In this document: positions 51,639 through 64,000 of the stretch, piece after piece | How the letters are laid out: every line of letters starts with the position of its first letter | Numbering within the stretch: position 1 is the first letter of the stretch | From: Bugula neritina | Taxonomy: Eukaryota; Animalia; Bryozoa | Reading direction: 5' to 3' | Assembly: GCA_964035545.1 (NCBI GenBank) | Contig: OZ037767.1 | Span: forward strand, 2,739,680 to 2,803,679 | DNA: 64,000 bases | Notes under the pieces: generated by a model | Database searches by the model: none | Seen by the model: only the letters and a program-made list of their open reading frames with translations | Told to the model about the DNA's origin: nothing | Translations under genes and position numbers: made by a program

Positions 51639-54600
51639 CTATATATGAAATATAACTATAGATTAGCTACAGAGAGCACGACTCCATATATAGAGCGTAA
51701 ACTTTCCTTCAACTTAAAAAAATGCTGTAAAACCTGACCAGCTTTCCACAAAGTGAGTGCATACAAGCACTGCTGAGCACTGCATGCACTGCTCTAAACT
51801 AATTAACTAGCTAGCTGACTAACTAGCTAGTTAACTGACTAACTAGCTGATTTCTTTCAACTCATAGAACATAACATAATGAAACATATACGGTGTAAGA
51901 CTTGAAAATAATATTTAAGCAACCAAAAAATTAGTATGAAGCATGGAGACAGACATAAGTGAGACAAACAGACAGACACAAAAGGAAAAGCAAGTGGTTT
52001 GTTCAAGAGCAAGAAGCATGAACATAATTCAGTTTTAAAGACACTCTGGAAAATTGATAATTTTGAACAAAAGCATACTAATACTATTTTACACATAAAA
52101 AAAGTAGTTTGTATATTCAAATGTAGGTTTTCAAAGATTATACTACTTCAGTATTTAGCAGACGAGAGAAAGACTGATAAACAGATGAAACAAAAGGACT
52201 AATGAGTAGACTATATAAAAGTAATTAGAAAGACTGATAATAAGACTATAATACAAAAAGACTGCTTAATAGACTATAATAGAAAAGGTCAGACTCAACA
52301 GAAAGATAGACTATATCAAAAAGACTGATGAATAGATTATAATAGACTAAAACAAAAAGCTGGCAAATAGACTATAAGGTATTTTTCCATGTTTTATATA
52401 GGCCACACCTCCTAACACCTAAAGGGATGGAGGCTAAATTTATAAAGATTATATTGATAAAATAAAGGCAACATAACACAGTGCAGATGATTTAGAGAAG
52501 TAATGCTCTGAAACCAGACAGTGCAGCGGGTGGGGTAGCTGGGTAGGGGGTCAAGATGCACCAAAGGAGGAGCATGGAGCTATGAGTGAGAATCTTAGTG
52601 TGTCTTTACTATGATGAGCCAGAGGTTGGCATTTACCTGCTGAAATGCAGTAAATAATTTATCTTCTCAAACAAAAAAATGAGAAACTATAAATCAATAT
52701 TAATAGGACAAGGCAAGTTGACCCAAGTAGCAAAAGCTGTTAACAAGTAAGTCAACAACCGTACAAAAGGCCATAAATAACATTTGATGTAAATTTTTTA
52801 AAAAATACAAAATAAATTTATACTATAAATATTGAAAAGAACACAACTCCTGTTTTATTCCCAAAAACTGTTAGGATAGCTATACACAAATCATTTTTGA
52901 AATGAAAGACAACTCTTATTACACTTTGAGAACGTATTATTTTATTAGAAGTTGCCCACTCTTTGGAGCCTCTGGCTCATCATATTCACGACACATCGGG
53001 TAGGGAGATCAGAACCCAGAGTTGAAACAAATAAGTTGTTGAAATGATAATCAAATGAAAACGTAAATTTTTGATCACAAAAGTAATTGAAATTAACAAT
53101 TCCTGTGTACTATTCAAATGGGTCCCATCATGGACTGAAAGTTGGGGTAAATTTAGTGCATGAGCAAATCATAAAGTTAGCAATAAATAACAAAAATCAA
53201 AGCATAGTGTGCAAAGTAAAACGTGAAGGTGTAACGCCATGCCTATGAAGGAAATATAAAGAAGTAACACCATGCCTATGATTTGAGAAGTTTGTTGGCG
53301 CGTTTGTTGGCCTCAACAACTCGCGTCTCATTAGATTGGGCCTAAAAGTAGAATATACAAGAATGCAGGCTAAGATAGTTGCTTTAAACTGTGCGTGGAA
53401 ACACAACTTCTGCTGTCATGTAACTGGAAGAGTAAGTCATGTAATAAAAGTTCATTTCATATTTGAAATAGTACTGAATAACTTTCTTATAAAACACTCC
53501 CAAGTGTAAACACTATGCAATGAAAGTATCAAACTAAAATAATAGAGAATTACATTATGAAGTTATTCCACAGATTCCTAAGTTGGTGAAATATTCTTTT
53601 CAAAAATTGCAATGTATAAAAAACAGACTCAAACTTTTTACCACATTATACACTCTATCTAACCAGCAATTAATTGTGTGCAGGCAAACACCACACGATA
53701 TTCAACTCACCTTCTTATTTATCCTATCAATGACTTTGTTCTGTGACTCAATCTCATTGCCCATATCTACGGCCATATTCCTCAAGTTAGACACCATACT
53801 GCCAACTTGCTGCAGGTTCTCTTCCATCTCGTCTTCTCGCGCATCGTCTGTGATTCTAAAATTGAAAGTTTATCCAGCTATGTTACACAGCAATAGCAAT
53901 CCTCTCTAACTACAATGCCACACAGCAATCTTACTTAATGATCATATTACACAGTAATAGTAATCCTATCTGATTTTTTATGACACAACACAACAATAGA
54001 AATTTATTTGCCTACTATGTGAAACAGTAATACCAATCTTACCTAGCTACCTCGTGACACAGCATGCAGTACTAATCTCACCTAGCTACTATGATGTTAC
54101 ACAGCAGTACCAATCTTACCTAGCTACCATATTGCCAGTCGGAGCCATTCCTCCCCCGACCACCGGCCGAGGCCCGTCTGTGTTTGCCTGTCCGTCATTC
54201 TGACTCTTCCAGCTGGCGTCATAGTCCATGCCTTGCGGGTTCTTTGACCTGAGTTAAATGTCAGACAAGTTAGAGAAAGGAAGACAACTACTATCACCGC
54301 ACAGGTGACTCGACAGGAATTATTCTAACCATATTATCAGGAAGTTGAGTGTGCTAAGAGAAGAAAGAGATACAATTTAACAGCTAGTGTTATACTACAT
54401 ACAGAAAAGAGCAGGAGAGAGGAAGTGTAGGAAAATGAAAGGCTGTAGGTGGAAAGAAAAAAAGGTATGAGGTGAGAATAAAAAAGAAAAAGAAGGTAAA
54501 TGGGACGGATGGAGCTACGACATATGAAGGGGGAGCAGATAAGAGTGCAGGCGGAGGGGGGAGGCAAGTGAAGAAACTGGAGAGAAGATGGTAAGATGGA

Positions 54601-57600
54601 GTAACTCACTTCTTCCAGGGTAACACACAGAGACCACAGCATTTCTCCAGACCTTCTAGACTCTTCTCGGCATCCTTCATGTCTGTATTAATCTTATCCA
54701 TCCCTTCCTCTATTCGGTCCAGCTGCTCTGCACATTGGAATATAAACTTCAGCACAATGTACCAGCATTGTATGAAATATATCAATTAAATGCATCAAGC
54801 TTCAAACATAGTGCAGCCTTCTGACAGAATTTAAAAAGTGAATTGCATCAGCATAGCAATTATTGGTGATCACATGATCAGCTTATGCTATTTTAGAATT
54901 ATTATATCAGGTATGAATCGGGTACCATCATTTACAGGAGCCAGTTTAACAAAAGCAATGTCAATACTTCAACATTAGTTAACTAAAAATACGAATGAAG
55001 ATCTAACAGTTCCCCAATACCATACCAATTTTGAAGGAAATTCAAATTATCATTGTGTATAATGAGATAGTTGCAAGAAAGAGTAAAACTGAAAAATGTA
55101 ACAAATGGATACATAGATAGGGCCTTACCGCCTTGCTCATTCAGAGCTACGATAGTTTTGACACCACTATCTTGGGCCTAAAACACATATTGGGTAGACA
55201 ACACCTGAAAAGCTGGAAATTATAAAGTGACACGCACACAACATTTATTAAGTAAAAGTATGATGGAAACGTATACAAAATGAAAGGGTTAGTGGACTAG
55301 CGACTGAATACAATTAATTATATTGTATTGCTATAATAACATATAAACCAAGCATCTGCTAACTAATAAAATCTACAGCAAATTAAAATTGTAAAGCACG
55401 GGAATTTGTATAAAATGTGTGAGACAACACACATCTACAACAAACCAGTATCAACAGCGTTTAATCTATGATGTCACCAGTTTAGTTAGAAATGACTAAA
55501 TTGGAATAATTGTGATGGTGTATCATGGACTAGTGATGTTGATACAGCAGGTAAACTGAAAACAGACTATCATTACCTCCTTGCTCATCCAGAAATACTA
55601 GCGTTTTTATACCGGCTTCCTTACTCTGGGGATACAAATATATTCACTTAACTCATGGAGAGGCAACGACCAGTAATATTTTATGAGGCCGAAAATACAT
55701 TCTTTAACTTATAAGGAGATAAATCCCACTAACATCTGTCTAATATATTGGATAACTTATGAGTTTATTAGAATACCACCAATATCTGATCACTACACCT
55801 GATTGGCTGAGAGCAACTCACCTCTGCTGCCATCTCCATCATCCGCCTCGTACTCTCCAGTGACTAAAAACACAAAATAATGAAATAGCAATGTAGACAG
55901 CCAACACTAACACCAGATAGTTCGAAAGGTGCTTTGTATGAATATGAAAAGTTTCAGCGTTGAAAGTTTGGAGGAGGATTTAGTTAAACAGTAGATGGTA
56001 AGAAACAAACTAAACACTAGGAAATACTGTGAAAACGTGCATGATAAATAGAGAGGATAACCCTGTTAACTTGAGTTTGATATACAGTGTAAAAGTAGAC
56101 TTCCACCTGTGTATAGGATTGCAGTGACACAGTGCACACTTCATACTCTACATCATTCTGGTAGTCCAATTGTACATGTAAATGTACATGTATGTGTAAG
56201 TGTAGTACAGTGTGCGGTTGCACGTAACACACAGTACATGTATATGTTGCATGTAGCACACACAGTACATGTATGTGTTGCATGTAGCACACACAGTACA
56301 TACATGTGTTGCATGTAGCACACACAGTATGTGCACACAATACATGTATATGTAACACACACAGTACATGTATGTGTTGTGTAAGGGCTAAACAAGTCCA
56401 GAGTATTGATTATTGTGCACACTTTAAAAGCATATCCTGTATTGAATAGCCCTGTGCTTTCACTGTCTTTCATCAATACAAACAATCAACTGATAATTCC
56501 TATTCCCACAAGACACACCAGAGTCAAGAAGGCTAGAGTAAACATCACCTAATTACTCTACACTCACAAAGCATGCATCAAAGCAAAAAATTTCAAGTGC
56601 TCCATTTTACTATCTTAAAAAGTTTAGCTACAGGTTCTATTGATGATTTAGTATGTGAGTTATTTCCACTTTGCAATATGGCATCACTATTGAGTTTAGA
56701 AAGTAGTTCCTATTGATTGAATACTCAATTATCAGACATGTATTCTACAATCTGCAAGATAAATTTCAGAGCTTAATTGTCAGACAAAAAACAGTGAAAA
56801 TTTTTAAAATTTTGCCACAATGTTAGTATACTTTTGGAGTAATCCAAGACTTTGTAACTAGATGAGCACAGAAGCAGTAGAAACAGCGGTGACATAACAA
56901 TCTCAGTTTATTACTTCGGGCAGACAGACATGTTGGTGGCTATTCAGCCCAACGTGGAAGAAGCTGCATTTAACTCAGTGATGAGGAGGTGTACGTTAGT
57001 TTGATAGTATACTTCTAAAAACCTGAAAAATGCATTTTCTAAAGAGACTCAACTCATAAATAATGCTTTTGCACAGCTTAGGATAAAGAGTGTGGCATAT
57101 CCAATTATTTCAGTACTGCTAGCCATGAAGGTGAAGGTTGAAAATTGCTACACAAACTAAACCTTATGCCCATTCAGGTGACTATTGCCTATTGGTTTAG
57201 TGGTGTAAGAGAGAGGAGCTATTGGAGAGATGGACAGTTTTTCATAAAACTTTTTGCATTATTTTTTAGCTTTAAAATGATTTCCCTATAAAAATATACT
57301 TTTAAAAGTATTCTAAAGATATATTTTGCAGAAGAAAGAAGACAATTGCATGAATAACCTTAACAAGCAAGTTAAAGCTTGATGTTTCTGAAATATTAAA
57401 GTAACATAATAGTATTTCAATTTCATTCAAATGATAAATGATTTTTGCAGTTGACTGTGTGAACCAACAACCTGTTTATTAGAGTTTAAATTGAATAAAT
57501 TAACAAACAGCAAACAGCTGCCAAGCATGGTTAAGGCAGCAGAGACTTTGTGCCAGTATCAAATGTAACTGCTTCAAGAGATTTATAACAGTGAATCTGG

Positions 57601-60600
57601 TTGGTTTAAAGGGGAACCAATAAGCAGAGACCCAGAGAACCACTGTAGGAGTTCTCCAGTTACAAACCAATAAACTTGACTCAGTGAACTTAAGACGCCC
57701 TCTCAGTACTGACAGCCCACAAGTAGTTTATAAAACACCAACTTGAAAAAAATATCTTGAATGAACTTCATTATTCTGTAAGCGTTTGGTTTCCCATCAG
57801 AGAAACTAGAGAGAGCTCAAGACAAACAATTCAACTGCAATGTGTACAGTTGCAGAGTTCAGGCCAAACCTTTAAACACTGAAACCAAACCTTTCAAGAT
57901 ACTCGAACACAAAGTTTCTTATTAACCGCTGCCAGAACTTACTTCTGTGACAGCATTGTTTATCTGAGTCTGCACCTCCCGGTGTTCCCTTTCCTCTTCA
58001 GTTTCTGGAACTATTTCCTCCAGACCGACCTCGCCGTTACCATCTTGCGCAGTCATACTGTATTCCGATATATATCTCTCAGCTCATTAGATGGAGAATG
58101 GTTGAGCTAGCTCCAGCAAGATAAATACCTCCAGAGTTTACTAGTATATCAGGTGTACAACTCAGAGCAGCTATGACACCAGTATGACTAGAAGGGGTTG
58201 CTGTGTAACATCGTTTATACATATCTACTCTCATTATTGATCGGCTCAAACAAAAACCTTGTCTTCCATCAACAAAATAATATTGGAATTCATAGTTAAT
58301 GCCTTTAATTCAATAGAATTATCCTCTCTCCAATTCAGTGTATGGTGAAGTAGTTTAGTGAATACAAATATGCATCCAGCTATCCTTAGGGTAAAGAGTA
58401 TGAATATCTCAGAGGGAGATGCTGACGGGATAAACTAATTATGTATGATAAGAGATACGCTGCCATTCCTATATCTGATTCAGTCATCAGAATATTTCAC
58501 AGTATCTTACTATTGCATCGTCGTTGGGTAAATAATAAACATTGATCCGTACTCTTTCCAAAGTGTATAAATAAGTTAACCTGCAGATCATGTTTTATTT
58601 ATTTCCCCCACTTTTCTAGAGTGCTATTATGCTCCATGCCACAGCAATTCTCACTTCATAATATTTAGAGGCTATTTTTAAATATATATAGAATTAATAC
58701 TTATATATAGAGTGTACAGCCTTCACATGAGTACATACTACAAATAGTAAGGATATTGTCTACCCAAGCTGTCTCTATACTACAGTATGTACTGTTCCCT
58801 ATACTGCAGTATGTAGTATTCTCTATACTACAGTATGTAGTGCTCTCTATACTACAGTATGTAGTGTTCCCTATACTACAGTATGTAGTGTTCTCTATAC
58901 TACAGTATGTAGTGTTCTCTATACTACAGTATGTACTGTTCCCTATACTACAGTATGTAGTGTTCTCTACACTACAGTATGTACTGTTCCCTATACTACA
59001 GTATGTAGTCTTAGCTATACTAGAGCAGGTAGTGTTCTATTGTCACAGTATATTGATTTACAACTTACAGCAATTATTTATAATGAAGCTCAGAAAGTTT
59101 GTTATGTGACACATGATCTGCTCACTGATTGACATTTACGTTTAATTAATCACTGATAATTTGAAATTATTTGTCTAGACTATATTAATTTCAATATAAT
59201 ATGTGTTACCTACTTATAGTATATTATATTATTATATGACATCTACTCATGCTACCCTATGATATTACATGCATATTTGAGTTGGGGAATTTTTGACAAT
59301 TGAATTGATACCGACTGTGTGTGTGTGTGTATCTAAGGATAGAGATAAATATAGGTATGATGAAGACATAGAGATATAGAAATAGATATAGGAATAGATA
59401 TAAAACTAGATATATGGATGAATGTAAAGAGACATAGAGATAGACACAGATATAATAAACATATTACAAAATAATATCTACTTTTCGTTTATATAAAAAT
59501 TCATCATGATAATTTAAATACTTGAAATAAAAGTAAACTAAGTATTCACTTCACACTCACATAATCATAAAATATTATAAGCTTTTATTTAACTTTGAAA
59601 TGATAATTTTTTGCATTGTAAATTTCGTTAAAATAGACATCACTGTCCCAATAACAAGCATATAAACTACAGAGTTGTACATGTAGGAGAAAACAACTCC
59701 CAACATGTTTGTAGCCCCAGTATCACTGCCTACAGGATAGCCAGTGCGGGCCTCCTTGGACCCAGCCAGAGTATAAATGCTAAATTATGCGTGCTAGTTG
59801 AAATATAGAAGCGCACTTCTAATAATCCAGACTACCTCTAACACTAACACTACTGTGTAACAAACTCAAGTGTACAACTTCTGTATGGGCATGCTCAGTG
59901 CAGAATGTATAAAAACAATATTATACTCGGAGAGAGAGAAGTGGTTGCCAAAAGTAAAATAATTCACACAACATATCAAAAAAATATTTCAATGTTGATC
60001 GTCAAACCCAATTATTCAAAGTTGTTTCCTCTTTGATACTACAACTTGGGAAAGACAACTCTAAAGAATGATGCACGCTGAGATGTATATGAATTGTCTT
60101 CACAAAGGTGTAAAATAAACCTAACAAGTTTATGAAGAGCAGACGAAGGGATTCAAGGATGTTGAAAATACTAACAAATGTTGAAAACTTTTAAACTTAT
60201 TCTCTCCAGAAGTAGTGAATAACACAAACAAAATAGTAGCCTGCATAATATAAATGCGCTGGCAAAACAGATAAAAAGAATGCATATTGTCACATGGTGT
60301 GCAAGGGCGTACGTACATAATTATTGATGGGAGTGGAAGTTTTTGTCTAACTGTAACAGTAAGTGCAATAGCTTAACTTAAGTAGATAATGAAACAATAC
60401 AAGCAGTGAAATATTTATAGAGAGCTGTGTTTTCAAATAAACTTGATATTAAAATCAATAATAATATATCAATTGTATAATTAACACTCTTACCAGTTAT
60501 ACTGCTACCAATGCCTAAGTAGGGAGAATATATACAAGTTGAAAAGTCATTGATTAGTTACAGAAATTACATTTATTCCACTTGTCTACTGCAAGAAGTT

Positions 60601-61576
60601 ACTACCGCCTTGCAGATACAATAGATGTAATAACTCACTCTATTCAATTAGTCTATTAACTCAGTTTCACTGACTGTACTAACTCAGTCAGTCTCACTAT
60701 TAACTCAGTTAGTCTCACTACTAACTCAGTCAGTCTCACTATTAACTCAGTTAGTCTCACTACTAACTCAGTCAGTCTCACTATTAACTCAGTTAGTCTC
60801 ACTACTAACTCAGTTAGTCTCCCTACTAACTCAGTCAGTCTCACTACTAACTCAGTCAGTCTCCCTACTAACTCAGTCAGTCTCACTACTAACTCAGTCA
60901 GTCTCACTATTAACTCAGCCAGTCTTACTACTAACTCAGTCAGTCTCACTACTAAATGAGTCTCACTCACTCTATTAACTCAGCCTGATTAGCTTAAACA
61001 TGTAACCATATAAACAGAACATGACCAGAAATTATGAAATAATTATCTTTTAATGAACATTTCATTTTATGCTAAATTCGAATCAACAAGCAAACTAAAA
61101 CTAAAGTCAGGAATTAAGCTTGGTGATTTTAAATGAATTTGAAAATAGATTTTATGTTTTAAATATTAGACAAACAACTAAAAAGTTGTAGCTCTTCAAC
61201 AGTAAAACAATAAATATGCCTGAAGAAAAGTTTTGGTAGAACATGCACGCAGTATAGTTTGAGGAGCGTGTTACAAGTAAATACACAGCACAGTAGCGGT
61301 GACTTTAAGTTGAAGGTTAAGGAGGTTGTTAGTAATGATAACTCATTCAGTGAACTGCACTGAACATCTTGAACAGGAGACCACAGGCTAAAGTTTTCTA
61401 TATGGATCTACATATAGCCATCACTAAAACCATAGTCTCAGTTCCTCAACTTACAATATTTGTATACTCTGTCTACTAACCTCATCAGTCGTCTGATTAA
61501 TCTTCACCCTGATCTGCCCAAGCTCATCCTGAGGCTCATCGTCAAATCCGTTAGTATCAACCGCAGAGTAAGACAT
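51570..61576 (-). CDS. SNAP25: SNAP-25 (canonical copy) with alternative exons 1a/1b, 3a/3b, 7a/7b
   Basis: 1a 61576-61481 or 1b 58056-57943; 2 55863-55822 ([14 protein letters not shown]); 3a 55625-55577 or 3b 55177-55129; 4 54727-54610 ([31 protein letters not shown]); 5 54248-54120; 6 53855-53711 ([24 protein letters not shown]); 7a 53341-53276 or 7b 51638-51570. Confidence 0.95.
55129..55177 (-). CDS. SNAP25: SNAP-25 mutually exclusive exon 3b ([16 protein letters not shown])
   Basis: 49 nt, TTTAG acceptor, G|GTAAGG donor, same length and phase as 3a ([16 protein letters not shown]). Confidence 0.88.
56230..56380. repeat. About 32-bp tandem repeat (ACACACAGTACATGTATGTGTTGCATGTAGC)
   Basis: 4-5 visible copies in a SNAP-25 intron. 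Confidence 0.85.
57943..58056 (-). CDS. SNAP25: SNAP-25 alternative first coding exon 1b ([38 protein letters not shown])
   Basis: ATG-initiated, phase-0 donor GTAAGT; its C-terminal half aligns with exon 1a (..[15 protein letters not shown]) and with the paralog's first exon. Confidence 0.85.
58770..59040. repeat. 27-bp minisatellite (CTATACTACAGTATGTAGTGTTCT/CC-type)
   Basis: Directly visible tandem array (gives the SILQYVVF repeat ORF; unit is 24-27 bp). Confidence 0.8.
60653..60983. repeat. 21-bp minisatellite (CTAACTCAGTCAGTCTCACTA), about 14 copies
   Basis: Directly visible tandem array in a SNAP-25 intron. Confidence 0.92.
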
Positions 61577-62734
61577 TCTCACACACTTCCTGTACGTAGA
61601 TTATACAACTTACCAGCCTGTAACAAGAAGCAATCTACATTTAATTTCATCACCAAGTGATATCTTAACAGATATCCCACAACAATCACAACTATCACAG
61701 CTTGTTACTGATAAAGGTCTTGTATTGATATATTTAAAGTCATTTGTATGGTAACTACTAAGTTATATTGAATCAATACTTATGAATTGCCCTAGTAATT
61801 TTTACTAATGAGATAACTTATCAACACATAGTCAAAGTGAATACCGACTTGTACATGCATACAGCATGGCACTTGCATCAGAACAAAATGGTATACCAGT
61901 ATGCATAGTTTGAGTCACACCGGATTACTAGGAATAGTAAAAACTAAATATTTCTCAACAGTGAGTCAACCATGGTCAAGGAAATATGATCTGGTGGAGA
62001 AGAAATGTGTTTTCATGTTAGTCTTACATTTGATAAACTATTTGAATAAGCTCCACCTTTCGAAGTTGGCATTAACACCGATTGAGTTTGGATTTCTAGT
62101 CAAACATCTTAGAATCAAAAAGACATCTTGAATTTTGGTGAAAAATAAAAAAAACTACAATTATTTTTTTGAGAGTAAACATCGATTGATCTGGTCTACT
62201 TAGTAAGTTTGACCTACTAAAATTTAATCCGTGATTAAGAGTGTACATGTGACTGTATCAGCATAACACAGATTTCCTAGAGAGGTGAACAGGTTCGTTC
62301 AACTATTGTGCTGAAGAAAACATCAATAAATGCAGCTGAGGGATTTGGTTAAATACTTCAAAGAATTTCTCATGTAACATTTTACTTAACAATTTATCTG
62401 AACAAGAAACAACTGAAGAAAGTTGAAAAAACTGCTTTATAAACGAGATAGAATATTATATATAAAAAGTATATTTGAATACGAAAACAATCCAGTTTTA
62501 CAGTTTTTGGCTCATTGTTGTACACCATTTGCACTTCATATTTCAGTAATACAATTACCTACCTCTTTCTATCTATATCAGTAACACATCACTAAAGATA
62601 TATTTCTAAAAGTTAAAGCCCAAAGGGAAGTACAGCATACAACACAATATCACAACAAATACAGGTTCAGTTCAAATACATGGCTTTGGAAGTGAAAACA
62701 CAATGTAAAACCTCCACTGTCCAGGTAAACTCAC

Positions 62735-62840
62735 CTGGTGATAAAGAAATACACAGGTGAACAGATTGCAGAGTGTTAGACTTGTTTGAGGTGAACCACA
62801 GCCGAGTATAACCACAGCAGCTTTGCTAATCAATTTCTAC
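62735..62840 (-). other. Possible non-coding 5' UTR exon of SNAP-25
   Basis: Strong acceptor TTTTCTCCAG and donor CAG|GTGAGT on - strand, upstream of exon 1a (which has its own acceptor at 61590-61591); no ATG-initiated ORF. Confidence 0.35.
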
Positions 62841-64000
62841 CTGGAGAAAATTAATTCACGTGAAACACAAATCAATAAATATTTGAGTGAGCAGCAAATC
62901 GTAGTGAAACAGTTAGCAGTAGTCAGCAGATTAAATAAATTACTTTATTGTTAGATGACAGCATAGCCTGCTGCAGTAATTAGAATAGCAATGTCAACCT
63001 CAAGATCAATACTCTGGGTGAGAGATTGCTTTAACTTCTACTTTATTTATACTCTGAGAAGCTATAAGCTACAACCTTTTTGATTGGACAAGTGGCACTA
63101 GATGGATTATTATATTATTTCTATTAACAAGTTAGTAGTTTTTAGGACAGAACAAAGGAAGTTCGAGAGAACGAGAGAGGATCATTACAAGGGGGGGGGG
63201 GGGGTGTCTTTTCACTGAAGCAAGCTTCAAGAGTCAAAGTCAAATCACGCACACTCATGCACACACACATATATAATTTCTAAGAAAATCTTTCAACTCC
63301 TAGTTTAAATATAGCGACCACGATTTATTTCAATTATACTTTTAAATGGACATCTCACTAAGACACTGCAGTTTTGAGCAGCGGAAATCATACACTTCCG
63401 TATTGGTATCATGAAATTACTTTAAAAGTTTAGAAAACTCTTTATCCAAGGCTTTTACAATGGTTATAAAATTGATTTTCATACTCAGCCGAGGGGCCAG
63501 CTGTTTTAAGAGCTTAAATTACATTGACTTAACTTAAACCTATTTATATATATCTTTTCAGAAAAGCATGGATAAGCAGTAGGCAAAAGTTGAAAACTTA
63601 ACAGTAATATTAGTAGAAACCTAGTTCAGCTTTAAATAACTTTGACAGCTATATAAGTATACAGATATATGCTAAATTATAATTATTGGATTTATATAAA
63701 GCACACATTTAATGATATTTGCTGACAACTACAATATACAACCTCCTATGCTAATGATAAAGCACAGAGAGATGACAATTATAAATACATTAATTGGCTA
63801 ATATCTATTAGGGCTAATTACAGACACTCTTTGTTTAGTCATTTATAAGTTTAAACTAAAACAACCCACGGACAGCAATGTTATGCAGTACTCAGCATTA
63901 GTACTTTCAAGCAAAGAGATATGTTTGCAAAAATTACTCTCCTCTTAATAGCTTTGTGTAACAGATTTTAATGCTAAATGCCAACAGAAAAACTAGAAAA

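Noticed and set aside
56017-56485. Overlapping Cys/His-rich ORFs resembling metallothionein
   Set aside because: Produced by a CA/TG-rich tandem repeat and open in several frames.
58756-59109. ORF with SILQYVVF repeats
   Set aside because: Minisatellite translation, antisense to SNAP-25.
60656-60970. ORF with LVVRLTE heptads resembling a coiled coil
   Set aside because: 21-bp intronic minisatellite with no convincing splice sites.
61614-61617. Apparent 4-nt micro-exon (CAG|GCTG|GTAAGT on - strand) before exon 1a
   Set aside because: The downstream intron to 1a would be only about 24 nt; cannot be supported without reads.

Overview
AT-rich, intron-rich animal genomic DNA, probably an invertebrate bilaterian. 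Nine spliced protein-coding genes can be built with GT(GC)-AG boundaries and consistent phases: RCE1 (-, runs off the left edge), MRPL11 (+), a small secreted PAN/apple-like gene (-), a single-pass LRR membrane protein (+), RAB40 (-), LRR1 (+), a 19-exon GluN3-like NMDA receptor subunit (+), and two tandem SNAP-25 genes (-). A tenth locus, a fibrinogen-domain gene (-), has a frame-disrupted first exon. The most striking feature is the SNAP-25 locus. The upstream copy carries three duplicated exon pairs (first coding exon 1a/1b, a 49-nt mutually exclusive pair 3a/3b, last exon 7a/7b), none of which is the exon duplicated in vertebrate SNAP-25a/b. The downstream paralog looks like one fixed combination of these exons. 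Also present: a Penelope-type inverted repeat containing a minimal hammerhead ribozyme motif between (TA)n tracts, two copies of a tRNA-derived SINE with target-site duplications, and many intronic tandem repeats. Gene models were derived by eye and no searches were run.
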